Source: Phototrophicaceae bacterium
Lineage (GTDB): Bacteria; Chloroflexota; Anaerolineae; Aggregatilineales; Phototrophicaceae
Reading direction: 5' to 3'
NCBI GenBank assembly: GCA_965223515.1
Contig: CBDCWK010000001.1
Coordinates: forward strand, 788,835-852,834
DNA: 64,000 bases
Both the position numbers and the translations under genes were made by a program. How positions within the stretch are numbered: position 1 is the first letter of the stretch; every line of letters starts with the position of its first letter. The notes beneath the pieces were generated by a model. It did no database searches, had not been told where the DNA came from, and saw nothing but the letters and a program-made list of their open reading frames with translations. Positions 9,312-18,557 of the stretch are shown here, piece by piece.

Positions 9312-10331
9312 TTATGACAATTGGGGTTGAACCCAGGAATTGGTTGCCGCAGCTTGGTAAAAGGCTTCCATAACGGCGCTGCGGTCGGCCGCTTCTTTCG
9401 CCGTAATCAATGGAACCGCTTCCCCGTTCAGCGCGTCGAGGAAGAGATCGAAGGCATGCGGCAGCGCTTCGGGCAGGTCAGTCCACTCGCCGCCATCCAC
9501 CCCAGGGAGATTATCCGACTTTACGAATAATTTGCCATCGTCAACATAGGCGACTCCCTCAGTGCCACTGACCAGGATCGGCAGGGGGCGCAGGACATCA
9601 ACCCAGCCGGCCGCCAGCGTGCCAATAGCGCCATTGGAAAAACGCAGCATGCCCTCGCCATACTCATCACAGGCGTAGTTGCCCAGCAGGCGATCCATCT
9701 GCGCCGTAACCGAATCGACATCGCCCATCAGCCACATCAGGATATCCAGCGAATGGGCGCCCAAATCGCCGAAGCCGCCACAGCCGGAACGCTCGACATC
9801 CGTCATCCACAGCCAGCCATCGTCGTACCAGCCCATGCCGGCATCAAACCAGCGGCCGATAGCGCCATGATGCACATTCGAGTGGCGTATCCGCGTGATC
9901 GTCCCCAGCGTCCCGTCATCGATCCAGCCCTTGAGCACCCGATTGAAGGGATAGCTGCGCATGAAGTGCCCGACCTGAAAGATGACACCGACGGCATCAA
10001 TGGCGCGCTGCATGGCATAGGCATCTTCCGCCCCCATGCCCAGCGGCTTCTCGACGAAGAGATGCTTACGGGCGGCGGCGGTGGCTTCGACCAATTCGCG
10101 ATGGAGAGCCGTCTCCGAGCAGACGATGACAGCATCAATTTCATCATCGCGCAAGATGTCACGGTAGTCTGCCACTGTCGGGCAAGCGAGGTGACCGGCA
10201 GCGATCTGCGCCCGCGCCGGCTGATCGTCCCAGACGGCTTTCACCTTGAAATGATCGGGACGTTCGAGAATGCGTTTTACAAAGCCGGGCGTGTGGATAT
10301 GCGCCACACCGAGGAATCCAAGTGTTTTCAT
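9312..10331 (-). CDS. Gfo/Idh/MocA family oxidoreductase
   Basis: MKTLGFLGVAHIHTPGF..., VEKPL motif. I chose the start at internal Met 6 of the ORF, which is preceded by GGAG. Confidence 0.9.
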   Translation of the reverse strand: MKTLGFLGVAHIHTPGFVKRILERPDHFKVKAVWDDQPARAQIAAGHLACPTVADYRDILRDDEIDAVIVCSETALHRELVEATAAARKHLFVEKPLGMGAEDAYAMQRAIDAVGVIFQVGHFMRSYPFNRVLKGWIDDGTLGTITRIRHSNVHHGAIGRWFDAGMGWYDDGWLWMTDVERSGCGGFGDLGAHSLDILMWLMGDVDSVTAQMDRLLGNYACDEYGEGMLRFSNGAIGTLAAGWVDVLRPLPILVSGTEGVAYVDDGKLFVKSDNLPGVDGGEWTDLPEALPHAFDLFLDALNGEAVPLITAKEAADRSAVMEAFYQAAATNSWVQPQLS

Positions 10332-10378
10332 TTTATCTCCAGACAACGATTGAATAAAAAAGACTGTTCCCTACATCA

Positions 10379-11056
10379 TCACTGCAACGCACTGACGAAA
10401 CGCGCGGTGATCGTGCGCGGACGGGTAATCGCCGAGCCAACCACGACCGTCCATGCACCCAAGTCCAGCGCTCGCCGCGCCTGCGCCGGCGTATTGATGC
10501 GACCCTCGGCGACCACCGGAATCGGCAGATTATCAATCATCTGCGCCAGCAATTCAAAGTCAGGACCGTCGATCGCCGGGCGGGTACCGGTATAGCCGGA
10601 CAGGGTCGGCGCCGCCATCGCTACACCCGCTTCGACCGCCAATCGCGCCTCCGGCAAGGTCGAGACATCGGCGAAGGTTGGCAATTTCAGCTCACCATGG
10701 ATGCGCGCCAGCAATTCAGCCAAGGGCACTCCACCGGGCCGCAGACGATCAGTGCAATCAAGGGCGATGACATCAGCGCCAGCAGCAGCGATCTCGGCTG
10801 CCGCCTCAAAGGTGGGCGTGATGTAGACGCCGCTCTCGCCCTGCTTGTACAAGCCGATCACCGGCAGATCCACCGCTTGCTTGATAGCGCGGATATCAGC
10901 CGGTCCATTCGCGCGGATCGCCGCCGCACCGCCCATTCTCGCCGCGATTGCCATCTTCGCCATGATCTGCGCGCCGTGTAACGGCTCGTCTTCAAGCGCC
11001 TGACAAGAGACAATCAGCTTGCCTTTTACAGCGGCGAGGAAGGTCTCAGCGTTCAT
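10379..11056 (-). CDS. nanE: N-acetylmannosamine-6-phosphate 2-epimerase
   Basis: KLIVSCQALEDEPLHG and the IRANG region are typical of NanE. ATGA overlap with the upstream ROK gene stop. Confidence 0.85.
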   Translation of the reverse strand: MNAETFLAAVKGKLIVSCQALEDEPLHGAQIMAKMAIAARMGGAAAIRANGPADIRAIKQAVDLPVIGLYKQGESGVYITPTFEAAAEIAAAGADVIALDCTDRLRPGGVPLAELLARIHGELKLPTFADVSTLPEARLAVEAGVAMAAPTLSGYTGTRPAIDGPDFELLAQMIDNLPIPVVAEGRINTPAQARRALDLGAWTVVVGSAITRPRTITARFVSALQ

Positions 11057-11955
11057 GCGTCCGCCTTTTGCCATGCCAGCATCGCCGCGCCCAGCAGTAC
11101 CGCCTCGACACCCAGCGCCGCCGGCAGAAGTCGCGTTGAAACGAGCAGCGGCGGCAAGTTCGCGCGGAAAGCCGCTTCAAAGGCCTCCCACCACAGCGCG
11201 CCGATCTGCGGAACGCCGCCGCCAACTATCACCGCCTGCGGATTAATGGACGTGGCATAACCCGCCAATACTGCGCCTAGCTCGCTCGCCTTTCTTTCGA
11301 TGACCGTTTTCGCCGTCATTTCGCCTAACCGGGCGCGCCGACTGATTTCGGTCAGTGGCAAGCGTTCTTCGTCCTGGACCGCCGCTTGATAAGCGCGCTC
11401 AATACCGGGGCCGGACGCATACTGATCGAGAATCAAGGGCTTGTCGCCATCCCAGCCGACCAGCAAATAGCCGATCTCGCCAGCGCTAAAGTTAGCGCCC
11501 GGCCAAATCTCGCCATTGATAATGATCGCGCCGCCGACACCGGTGCCAACCGTGACGCAGAGCAGCGAATCGCAATCCACGCCAGCGCCAAGCGTCGCCT
11601 CGCCATAAGCCATCGCTCGCACATCATTCTCGGCGACAATCGGCAGCCCTGCGATCTCGAGCGCGCCAAGCTGCGTGCCGCTCCAGCCGGGTATATTATC
11701 GTTGGCATGAATGACCGTGCCCGTCCGCGTATCGACCACGCCGGCGCTGCCGATGCCGACGCCTATCACGGGCGTATCGGCCCTAGCGATCAGCTTCTCG
11801 GAGAGCGAGCGCGCGGCAGCCAGGATGGCGGGGGCAGATGGCGCCGTGGCAACTTGCAACGTTTGTATTAGCTCGCCGCTGCTTGTCACCAAGCCCGCTA
11901 TCGTCTTGCTCGCGCCGATGTCCAGGCCTACAACCAGCGATGACGTTTTTGGCAC
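11053..11955 (-). CDS. ROK family sugar kinase (ManNAc/glucose kinase-like)
   Basis: N-terminal LDIGASKT motif, ROK pattern CVTVGTGVGGAIIINGE. Translationally coupled to nanE. Confidence 0.85.
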   Translation of the reverse strand: MPKTSSLVVGLDIGASKTIAGLVTSSGELIQTLQVATAPSAPAILAAARSLSEKLIARADTPVIGVGIGSAGVVDTRTGTVIHANDNIPGWSGTQLGALEIAGLPIVAENDVRAMAYGEATLGAGVDCDSLLCVTVGTGVGGAIIINGEIWPGANFSAGEIGYLLVGWDGDKPLILDQYASGPGIERAYQAAVQDEERLPLTEISRRARLGEMTAKTVIERKASELGAVLAGYATSINPQAVIVGGGVPQIGALWWEAFEAAFRANLPPLLVSTRLLPAALGVEAVLLGAAMLAWQKADA

Positions 11956-11970
11956 GGGAATAGGCTCAGC

Positions 11971-12771
11971 TTAGGTCTGCTTCAGGAGTTCTTCCTCGCC
12001 ACGGCGTTCGCGATAACCGTGGACGAGCAAACCGGGGCGACCGTTACTCTGCCCTGCCCATTGATCGTTATGCGGATCGCGAAAACCCATACGCACCATG
12101 CGCCGCGGATCCTTGGTCTGGTTGATGTAGGAGCCGTGAATGCAGTAAAGATGGAAGACGACCACATCGCCGCGTTTTGCCGGCACAGGCACAGTCTCTT
12201 CCAGCTTGAAGTCAGCCGGATTGAGATGCGGCGAACAAGGCGTACCATCCGGGTAAGCCAGCACATGCGGGATCTTGCCGCGTTTATGCGAACCAGCCAG
12301 GAAGCGAATCTCGCCGTTTTCATGGAAGGTGTCATCTAGGTGCACCAGGGTATCGATGAAGCGCCCGTCGGCATGTTCGTAAAAGGGAAAATCCTGATGC
12401 ATCGGGAAGGGGTGTCCGGTCTGCGGCGGCTTGATATGCATGGTCGTATGATGCAATTCAACGCTGGATTCCAACAATTGGGAAAGGGCTTTCGCCAGCT
12501 TCGGATTAGTGACGGCGCGCATCCAGGCATCAGAGTACAAATGCAGGTCGTGCATAGCCGTCAGCTTGACTTGCTTTTCCAGCTCTTCGTCAAAATAGAC
12601 ATCGCGCCAGGGACCTGACCAGCCCGGGCTTGTGATCGCCCAATCCTGGATCAAGCGGTCGAGGCTATCCGACAAATCCGTGATCTCCTCTTCCGTGTAC
12701 ACCTGCGGAATGCGCAGATAGCCGTTTTCATGGAAGAAGTCGATTTGTTCCTGAGTTAGCATTTTCACCAT
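11971..12771 (-). CDS. Phytanoyl-CoA dioxygenase (PhyH) family Fe(II)/2-oxoglutarate oxygenase
   Basis: PhyH-like layout with the PMHQDFPF (HxD) motif and a distal IHGS His. Confidence 0.8.
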   Translation of the reverse strand: MVKMLTQEQIDFFHENGYLRIPQVYTEEEITDLSDSLDRLIQDWAITSPGWSGPWRDVYFDEELEKQVKLTAMHDLHLYSDAWMRAVTNPKLAKALSQLLESSVELHHTTMHIKPPQTGHPFPMHQDFPFYEHADGRFIDTLVHLDDTFHENGEIRFLAGSHKRGKIPHVLAYPDGTPCSPHLNPADFKLEETVPVPAKRGDVVVFHLYCIHGSYINQTKDPRRMVRMGFRDPHNDQWAGQSNGRPGLLVHGYRERRGEEELLKQT

Positions 12772-12799
12772 CCTCTACAGCTTTATTAGATACCGAACT

Positions 12800-12836
12800 G
12801 GACAAAACTTACCCCTCACCGAATTCTCGACGAGGG
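12800..12836 (-). terminator. Candidate intrinsic terminator of the opp-like operon
   Basis: Minus strand: CCCCTCgtCGAgaatTCGgtGAGGGG followed by TAAGTTTTG. It lies 48 nt after the stop at 12884. Confidence 0.45.
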
Positions 12837-12883
12837 GTTGAGGTTTATAACAGACAATCAAATGCCGTAGTCACGTTCCCACA

Positions 12884-15370
12884 CTAGCCATCATCCGCTT
12901 CAAAGACGATCGTGTAACCTTCGATGCCAACGCGCTCATAAGGACCGATGACGACTTGATAGGTGCCAGTCGCTCCAAAAGTCAGCTTCTCACGATGGCT
13001 GCGACCCGGACGATTGGGATTCTCCCCAAGTGCCAGGACAAAGTTGCCGTCCGGTCCCCAGACGGTGCCGAATGGTGAATAGAAGCCGGTGCCACTCAAG
13101 CCAGCGCCGCCCGTCACCAGTCTCACAGTAACCGCCTGTCCAGCGGTCGCCTCAAAGGTGTAGCTGTGCCGCTCACCCTCTTCCTCGATCTCGTTCACCG
13201 TCTCCACATTGAGTGTCAGCGCGCCTTTTACAATCGCGCCCTCCGGGCTCAGCGTGAAGTCCGGCACCACCACCGGCTCGAGCACGGCTGTGGGTTCTTG
13301 CGCCGGTTCCTCGCCTTCAAAGACGATGGTGTAGCCTTCAGCGCCGATACCCTCCTCGTTCGCGCCTATCACGACTTGATAAGTGCCGCCTGACGCAAAG
13401 GTCAACTTCTCGCGGTGACTGCGACCCGGGCGTTTGGGGTTGTCCCCCAGTGCCAGGACGAACTGCCCATCGGGCCCGTAAACCGTGCCGAAGGGCGAAT
13501 AGAAGCCGGTGCCGCTTAAGCCACTCCCGCCGGTGGCCAGCTTGATGGTAACCTCTTGTCCAGCGGTCGCCTCGAAGGTATAGCTGTGCCGTTCATCGTC
13601 TTCTTTGATCTCATCGACAATTTCCGCATTGAGCGTAATCGCGCCCTTTGCCGTCGCGCCCTCGGGGCTCAGCGTGAAGTCCGGAACAACCACCGGCTCG
13701 GGCACGGCTGTGGGTTCCTGCACAGGTTCGTCGCCTTCAAAGACGATGGTGTAGCCATCTATGCCGATGCGCTCATAGGGACCAATCACAATCTGATAGC
13801 TGCCAGCCGTGCCGAACGTCAATTCCTCGCGATGACTGCGGGCCGGACGTTTGGGATTCGCTCCAAGCGCCAGCACGAATGCACCATCAGGTCCGTATAC
13901 GGTGCCGAAGGGTGAATAGAAGCCGGTGCCGCTCAAGCCGGCGCCGCCGGTGACCAGCTTAACCGTTACGACTTGACCAGCGGTCGCCTCAAATGTGTAG
14001 CTATGCCTTTCATCTTCTTCCTCAATTTCATTCACCGTATCAACATTGAGCGTCAGCGCGCCCTTCGCCGTCGCGCCCTCGGGGCTCAGCGTGAATTCCG
14101 GCGCCGCAACTTCGGCCGCGGCCGATGATTCTGTCGGCGCGGTTTCTTCTACTTCTTGAACGACCTCGGCCGGCGTTGCCGTCACCACGACAATGACCTC
14201 TTCGGTCACGGTTTCGATGATCATCTCCGGCTCGCGACTCGACGCAATCAGTACCCCTACGATGAACGCTATCACGACAAGGGCTGCGGCAACAAGGCGT
14301 TCTCGGGTCCTGTTCTTCGCGGCTGCGACGACCACATCCGTTATCGGCCGGTTTACAAGAATCGGTGGTTCGATCGGCGCGATTTCGTTGTCCTCATAAA
14401 GATAGCAAGCGGCTTCGTGTTTCGGCTTGTCCATCTTGAACAGGGGCGGCTGCACAACCAGGCATTTGTCCATGCGATGGGGGCAGCGCGGATAATAGCG
14501 GCAGCCCTTTGAGAGAGCGGTGCGCATTTCCTCTTCGCTAGGCAAGCTAATATTTACATCCCACTTGTCAGTCGGGTCGGGCACGGGAACGGAGTCTATC
14601 AGCAGCTGCACATAAGGGTGCTGTGGCGCATCAATGACGTCCATCGCCGCGCCGCGCTCAGCCGTCGTGCCCTGATAGAGCATATAAATCTGGTCGCCGA
14701 TTTGGTAGGCCGTGCTCAGATCATGGGTGATATAAAGGAAGGAGATATTATGGTCATCGCGCAGCCGCAGCATGGCATCAAGAATCGAGGCGCGCAGCGA
14801 GGCATCCACCATCGACACCGGCTCGTCCGCTACGATCAGCCGCGGCTTGATCATATAAGCGCGCGCCATCATGATGCGCTGCCTTTGCCCACCGCTAAGC
14901 TGATGCGGATACTTGCGCAGGACATCTTCGCCGTACAAGCCGACTACATTCAAGCCGGCTTCTACCATGTCACGGTATTCGCTTTGATTGTCCGAAAGGC
15001 TGAAATGCTTGTTGACGACGTCAAAAATGTGGTCAACGCGATAAAAGGGATTATAGACGCCGAACGGATCTTGAAAGACCGCTTGGACGTTGCGCCGGTA
15101 AGCCTTTAACTGTTCGCTGGTCATATCGGTGATATCTTCACCATCGAAGATGATCTTGCCCGATGTGAGTTTGATGAAGCCGAGAACGAGGTTGGCGAGA
15201 GTCGTTTTGCCGCTGCCACTCTCACCGGCGATCGTTGTGATGGTCGCGGGAGATTCCTCAATGGTCAGATTGAAGTTGTCGAGCGCGACAACAGATTTTT
15301 TCTCGCCCAGGAAGCCACCGCTGTAGTAAAACTTGGTGGCGTCACGGATTTGCAAAAGTGGCGAAGGCAT
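12884..15370 (-). CDS. OppF/DppF-type ABC ATPase fused to one TM helix and three tandem ~140-aa PPC (pre-peptidase C-terminal)-like repeats
   Basis: Walker A GESGSGKTT, signature LSGGQRQRIMMA, Walker B LIVADEP and the Opp C-terminal Cys-rich tail. These are followed by LVAAALVVIAFIVGVLIASS and three repeats of FTLSPEGA...HSYTFEATAGQ.V...GYTIVFE. Start set at the ATG preceded by GGAGGG (ORF Met 16). Confidence 0.85.
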   Translation of the reverse strand: MPSPLLQIRDATKFYYSGGFLGEKKSVVALDNFNLTIEESPATITTIAGESGSGKTTLANLVLGFIKLTSGKIIFDGEDITDMTSEQLKAYRRNVQAVFQDPFGVYNPFYRVDHIFDVVNKHFSLSDNQSEYRDMVEAGLNVVGLYGEDVLRKYPHQLSGGQRQRIMMARAYMIKPRLIVADEPVSMVDASLRASILDAMLRLRDDHNISFLYITHDLSTAYQIGDQIYMLYQGTTAERGAAMDVIDAPQHPYVQLLIDSVPVPDPTDKWDVNISLPSEEEMRTALSKGCRYYPRCPHRMDKCLVVQPPLFKMDKPKHEAACYLYEDNEIAPIEPPILVNRPITDVVVAAAKNRTRERLVAAALVVIAFIVGVLIASSREPEMIIETVTEEVIVVVTATPAEVVQEVEETAPTESSAAAEVAAPEFTLSPEGATAKGALTLNVDTVNEIEEEDERHSYTFEATAGQVVTVKLVTGGAGLSGTGFYSPFGTVYGPDGAFVLALGANPKRPARSHREELTFGTAGSYQIVIGPYERIGIDGYTIVFEGDEPVQEPTAVPEPVVVPDFTLSPEGATAKGAITLNAEIVDEIKEDDERHSYTFEATAGQEVTIKLATGGSGLSGTGFYSPFGTVYGPDGQFVLALGDNPKRPGRSHREKLTFASGGTYQVVIGANEEGIGAEGYTIVFEGEEPAQEPTAVLEPVVVPDFTLSPEGAIVKGALTLNVETVNEIEEEGERHSYTFEATAGQAVTVRLVTGGAGLSGTGFYSPFGTVWGPDGNFVLALGENPNRPGRSHREKLTFGATGTYQVVIGPYERVGIEGYTIVFEADDG
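12887..14098. repeat. Three in-frame tandem DNA repeats (units 375, 420 and 417 nt) encoding the PPC-like modules
   Basis: The repeat junction codons D/E-F-T-L-S-P-E-G recur at 13261, 13681 and 14098. The linker PTAV.EPVVVP is also repeated. Confidence 0.9.
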
Positions 15371-16379
15371 CTGCCCTCCTCTCTTCAAATTGCTCGTCAA
15401 AGAGATGACAGGCAACTTCGTGCTCTTCTTCTACGTAGATCGGCGGCGGTTCGACCTCAGCGCAATGTTCCCAGGCAAGCGGACAGCGCAGCCGGAAGAT
15501 GCAGCCAGAGGGGGGATTGCGGGGGTCATGGGTGATGCCTTCGGTGATCTTGAGCGGCTTGCGCTCTTTGATCGACGGAATCGAATCGATAAGCAGCCGC
15601 GTATAGGGATGCAGCGGTTCAGCGTAGATATTCTCGACCGGGGCGATTTCCACCATCTTGCCGGCGTACATCACCGCAATACGATCAACAATCTGCGCCA
15701 GCAAACCCATATCATGGCCGATGACGATCAGCGAGACGCCGATCTCGTCCTTCACCTTGACCAGGGTCTGCGCCACGATCCGCTGCACCACCACATCAAG
15801 CGCGCTCGTCGCCTCATCGGCGATGACCACTGACGGATGCAGCGCCACGCCCATGGCGATGCATACACGCTGCTTCATGCCGCCGCTAAGTTCATGCGGA
15901 TACATATTGTAGATGCGGTTGGGCAAGCCCACATTTTGAAACAATTCGTAGATGCGTTCTCGCAGCGCCTCTTTGTCTCTCTGCTTGCCTTCGTGCGCCT
16001 CAATCACATCTATGATCTGATCTTTAACGCGCATCGTCGGATTGAGCGAGTTCATCGCCCCTTGCGGAATCAGTGACAAGCCGGTCCAGCGGAACTTGCG
16101 CAATTCGTCTTCCGTTAACTCGAGCACGTTGGTGCCATCAACTTCTATCTTGCCGTGCACGATATATCCGGGCGGCTGCACCAACTGTAGGATGCCGTAA
16201 GCTGTGGTTGACTTGCCGCAGCCGGATTCACCGACCAAGCCAAGCGTCTCGCCTTCGAAGAGCTTGAAGCTGATATCGCTGACAGCGATGACATCGCCCT
16301 GCGGCGTGGCGTAATGGATTCGCAGATTCTCAACATTCAGGACAACGCGTTCGCTGTCCCTTTCCTTCCGCTCGGACAT
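15342..16379 (-). CDS. OppD/DppD-type ABC transporter ATP-binding protein
   Basis: GESGCGKST, LSGGMKQRVCIA, VIADEATSALD. Start set at MSERKE, downstream of the permease stop. Confidence 0.9.
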   Translation of the reverse strand: MSERKERDSERVVLNVENLRIHYATPQGDVIAVSDISFKLFEGETLGLVGESGCGKSTTAYGILQLVQPPGYIVHGKIEVDGTNVLELTEDELRKFRWTGLSLIPQGAMNSLNPTMRVKDQIIDVIEAHEGKQRDKEALRERIYELFQNVGLPNRIYNMYPHELSGGMKQRVCIAMGVALHPSVVIADEATSALDVVVQRIVAQTLVKVKDEIGVSLIVIGHDMGLLAQIVDRIAVMYAGKMVEIAPVENIYAEPLHPYTRLLIDSIPSIKERKPLKITEGITHDPRNPPSGCIFRLRCPLAWEHCAEVEPPPIYVEEEHEVACHLFDEQFEERRADAFATFANP

Positions 16380-16398
16380 ATATCCTGGCTCCCCGGGG

Positions 16399-17337
16399 TT
16401 AGTTGGCTTTGCGCAAGCGAGGGTTGGCAATCTCGTCCAAGCCCAGGTTGATCAGCAAGAGCGCGATGAAAACGATGGCGAGAATCACTGTGGGAATGCC
16501 CCACCACCACCACATATTGCGCAACAAGGCGGCCGCCTCAATCGAGAAGAATATCGCCACACCCAGCGAGGGGATGCGCTGCGGACCAAAGCCCAGTAAT
16601 TCCAAGCCAACGAAGGTGAGAATCGCGGCAGTCATATTGCCGATATAGCTGGCAGCGAGATAAGGCAACAGATTGGGCATAATCTCTTTGAACATGATGT
16701 CGCGAACGGGCGCACCGGATAAACGCGCCATCTGCACGTAGCCGCTTTCGCGCATACTCAATACCTGCGCCCGGATAAAACGGGTTGGCCTAGGCCAGGC
16801 AAATACTGAAATCAGCAGCGCCATCGTCACCAGGTTAATCTCGGGCAAAACCGATTGAATAACGATCAGCACCAGGATTGAGGGTATGGTGATGGTCACA
16901 TCCGTGGCAAGACGGATGACATCATCGACCCAACCACCAACGAAACCGGCCAGAAAACCCAGCATGATGCCTGCGCCCATGCCAACCGTTGCGGCAAGGA
17001 CGCCGACGCCTATCGTTCGCGGCGTACCTACAATGATCAGCGCCAGCATATCGCGCCCGCTATTCTCTGTTCCCAGCGGATGCTCGGGAATGCCCTCTTG
17101 ATTGCGCCAGTTGGTGAATCCCACAGGTGGCAGGTTCAAGGGTGATCTGCCTGTTAGCGCCAGATCAGTATCCCAGGTCATATAGCCAACGAATACCAGG
17201 AACACGATGACGAATGCGATGAAAGCGCCGCTGAGAAATTTCCAATTCAGCCAGGGATTGTCAAAGCGATTGAGGAAGCCGGCCTTCTTGGTGCCACCGG
17301 TGACGGGAGCATCTTTTGGCTTGGTCGATATTTCCAT
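16399..17337 (-). CDS. Opp/Dpp-type ABC transporter permease (OppC-like)
   Basis: Multi-TM BPD-transport pattern in an operon position. Confidence 0.9.
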   Translation of the reverse strand: MEISTKPKDAPVTGGTKKAGFLNRFDNPWLNWKFLSGAFIAFVIVFLVFVGYMTWDTDLALTGRSPLNLPPVGFTNWRNQEGIPEHPLGTENSGRDMLALIIVGTPRTIGVGVLAATVGMGAGIMLGFLAGFVGGWVDDVIRLATDVTITIPSILVLIVIQSVLPEINLVTMALLISVFAWPRPTRFIRAQVLSMRESGYVQMARLSGAPVRDIMFKEIMPNLLPYLAASYIGNMTAAILTFVGLELLGFGPQRIPSLGVAIFFSIEAAALLRNMWWWWGIPTVILAIVFIALLLINLGLDEIANPRLRKAN

Positions 17338-17339
17338 GT

Positions 17340-18350
17340 TTATCTCCCCTCCAGGCTAATGCGCGGGTCGATCAAAGGGTAAGTCAAGTCTATGATCAGG
17401 ACTGCTAACGCGCTGGTCATAATCAAGATGAAGGAGGTGCCTTGTATCAAGCCGAAATCCTGATTGCCGATGGCGGAATAGATAAGCGAGCCCATGCCGT
17501 TGTAGGTAAACATAATCTCCACTAGCACCGCGCCGTTGATTATTGTGCCAACAGAGACTGCCAGAGCGGTCATTTGCGGCAGTATCGCGTTGCGGATCAT
17601 GTAGCGGTAGAGCACGTAAATGGGACGCAAGCCCTTGGCCTGCGCCAGGATCATATAATCTTCGCCCTCGATAGTGACCATCATGCCGCGCATGCCCAGC
17701 GCCCAGAAACCAAAGGTCACCAGGACAATGGACATGGCGGGCAGAAAACCGTGATAGAGTACGCTGCCAAAGAACTCGAGACTTAACTCTGGAACCATGC
17801 CGCGTTCATAGGGGTTCACTATCGGGAAAATCGGCAGCAGGAAGCCGAAGATATAAACGAGCAGCAAGCTCGCCAGCGCCGGCGGCACCGAGGTAAATGT
17901 CATCGATATTGGAATCAGCACTTTCAACAGCCTCGGCGTCTTTCGCCAGGCCAGCAAGGCGCCGCATAAGTTGCCGACGGTGAAGAAAATGGCGGTCGCT
18001 ATGCCCACCAGGCCAATGGTCCAGGGCAGCGCCCGCGCGACTAATTCCGATACAGTGGCCGGGAAATTCGCCAGCGAAATACCGAGATCCAGCCGAAGGG
18101 TATTCCCGATAAAGCGCAAGTACTGTACATGAAGCGGGTCATCAAGGCCGAAGCGCTTGCGCCAGGCTTCGATAATCAAATCGGCATTCTCAACAAAGCC
18201 AACATTCTGGCTCATGCGCGCGATCATCGCCCCAACAGGGTCACCCGGCGCCAGGCGCGGAATGAAGAAGATCAAGGTCGCCGCCACCCATACAGTCAGG
18301 AAGAACACCATAAATCGGCGTAGCAAATAGTTTAATGAAAAACTTCCCAT
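17340..18350 (-). CDS. Opp/Dpp-type ABC transporter permease (OppB-like)
   Basis: N-terminal YLLRRF, typical of OppB/DppB. Multi-TM. Confidence 0.9.
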   Translation of the reverse strand: MGSFSLNYLLRRFMVFFLTVWVAATLIFFIPRLAPGDPVGAMIARMSQNVGFVENADLIIEAWRKRFGLDDPLHVQYLRFIGNTLRLDLGISLANFPATVSELVARALPWTIGLVGIATAIFFTVGNLCGALLAWRKTPRLLKVLIPISMTFTSVPPALASLLLVYIFGFLLPIFPIVNPYERGMVPELSLEFFGSVLYHGFLPAMSIVLVTFGFWALGMRGMMVTIEGEDYMILAQAKGLRPIYVLYRYMIRNAILPQMTALAVSVGTIINGAVLVEIMFTYNGMGSLIYSAIGNQDFGLIQGTSFILIMTSALAVLIIDLTYPLIDPRISLEGR

Positions 18351-18557
18351 GCGAGCGCCCTTCCCTACAAATGACACCTAGACGTGCTAACGGGATTAAG
18401 CATTGTTATAAATGTTGAGCTACAAGGCTATGTCTTGGTATTCCTGTAAAACGGTAAAAGAATCTCAAAAATATTTTCAACACTTTCGTGAGGTGGGGTC
18501 CCCACAGACAGTAGCCCGTGGAGAACCCCAAAACCTCAAACGGAATCAAATCTCAAC

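Noticed and set aside
8168-9373. 401-aa plus-strand ORF
   Set aside because: It is an antisense shadow of two strongly supported Gfo/Idh/MocA genes. Its Arg/His/Ala-rich composition is typical of the wrong frame in high-GC DNA, and it has no motif.
12887-14098. Regular ~420-nt periodic repeats that could suggest a repeat array or CRISPR-like structure
   Set aside because: The units are far longer than CRISPR repeats, have no unique spacers and are in frame. They encode three homologous protein modules of one ORF.
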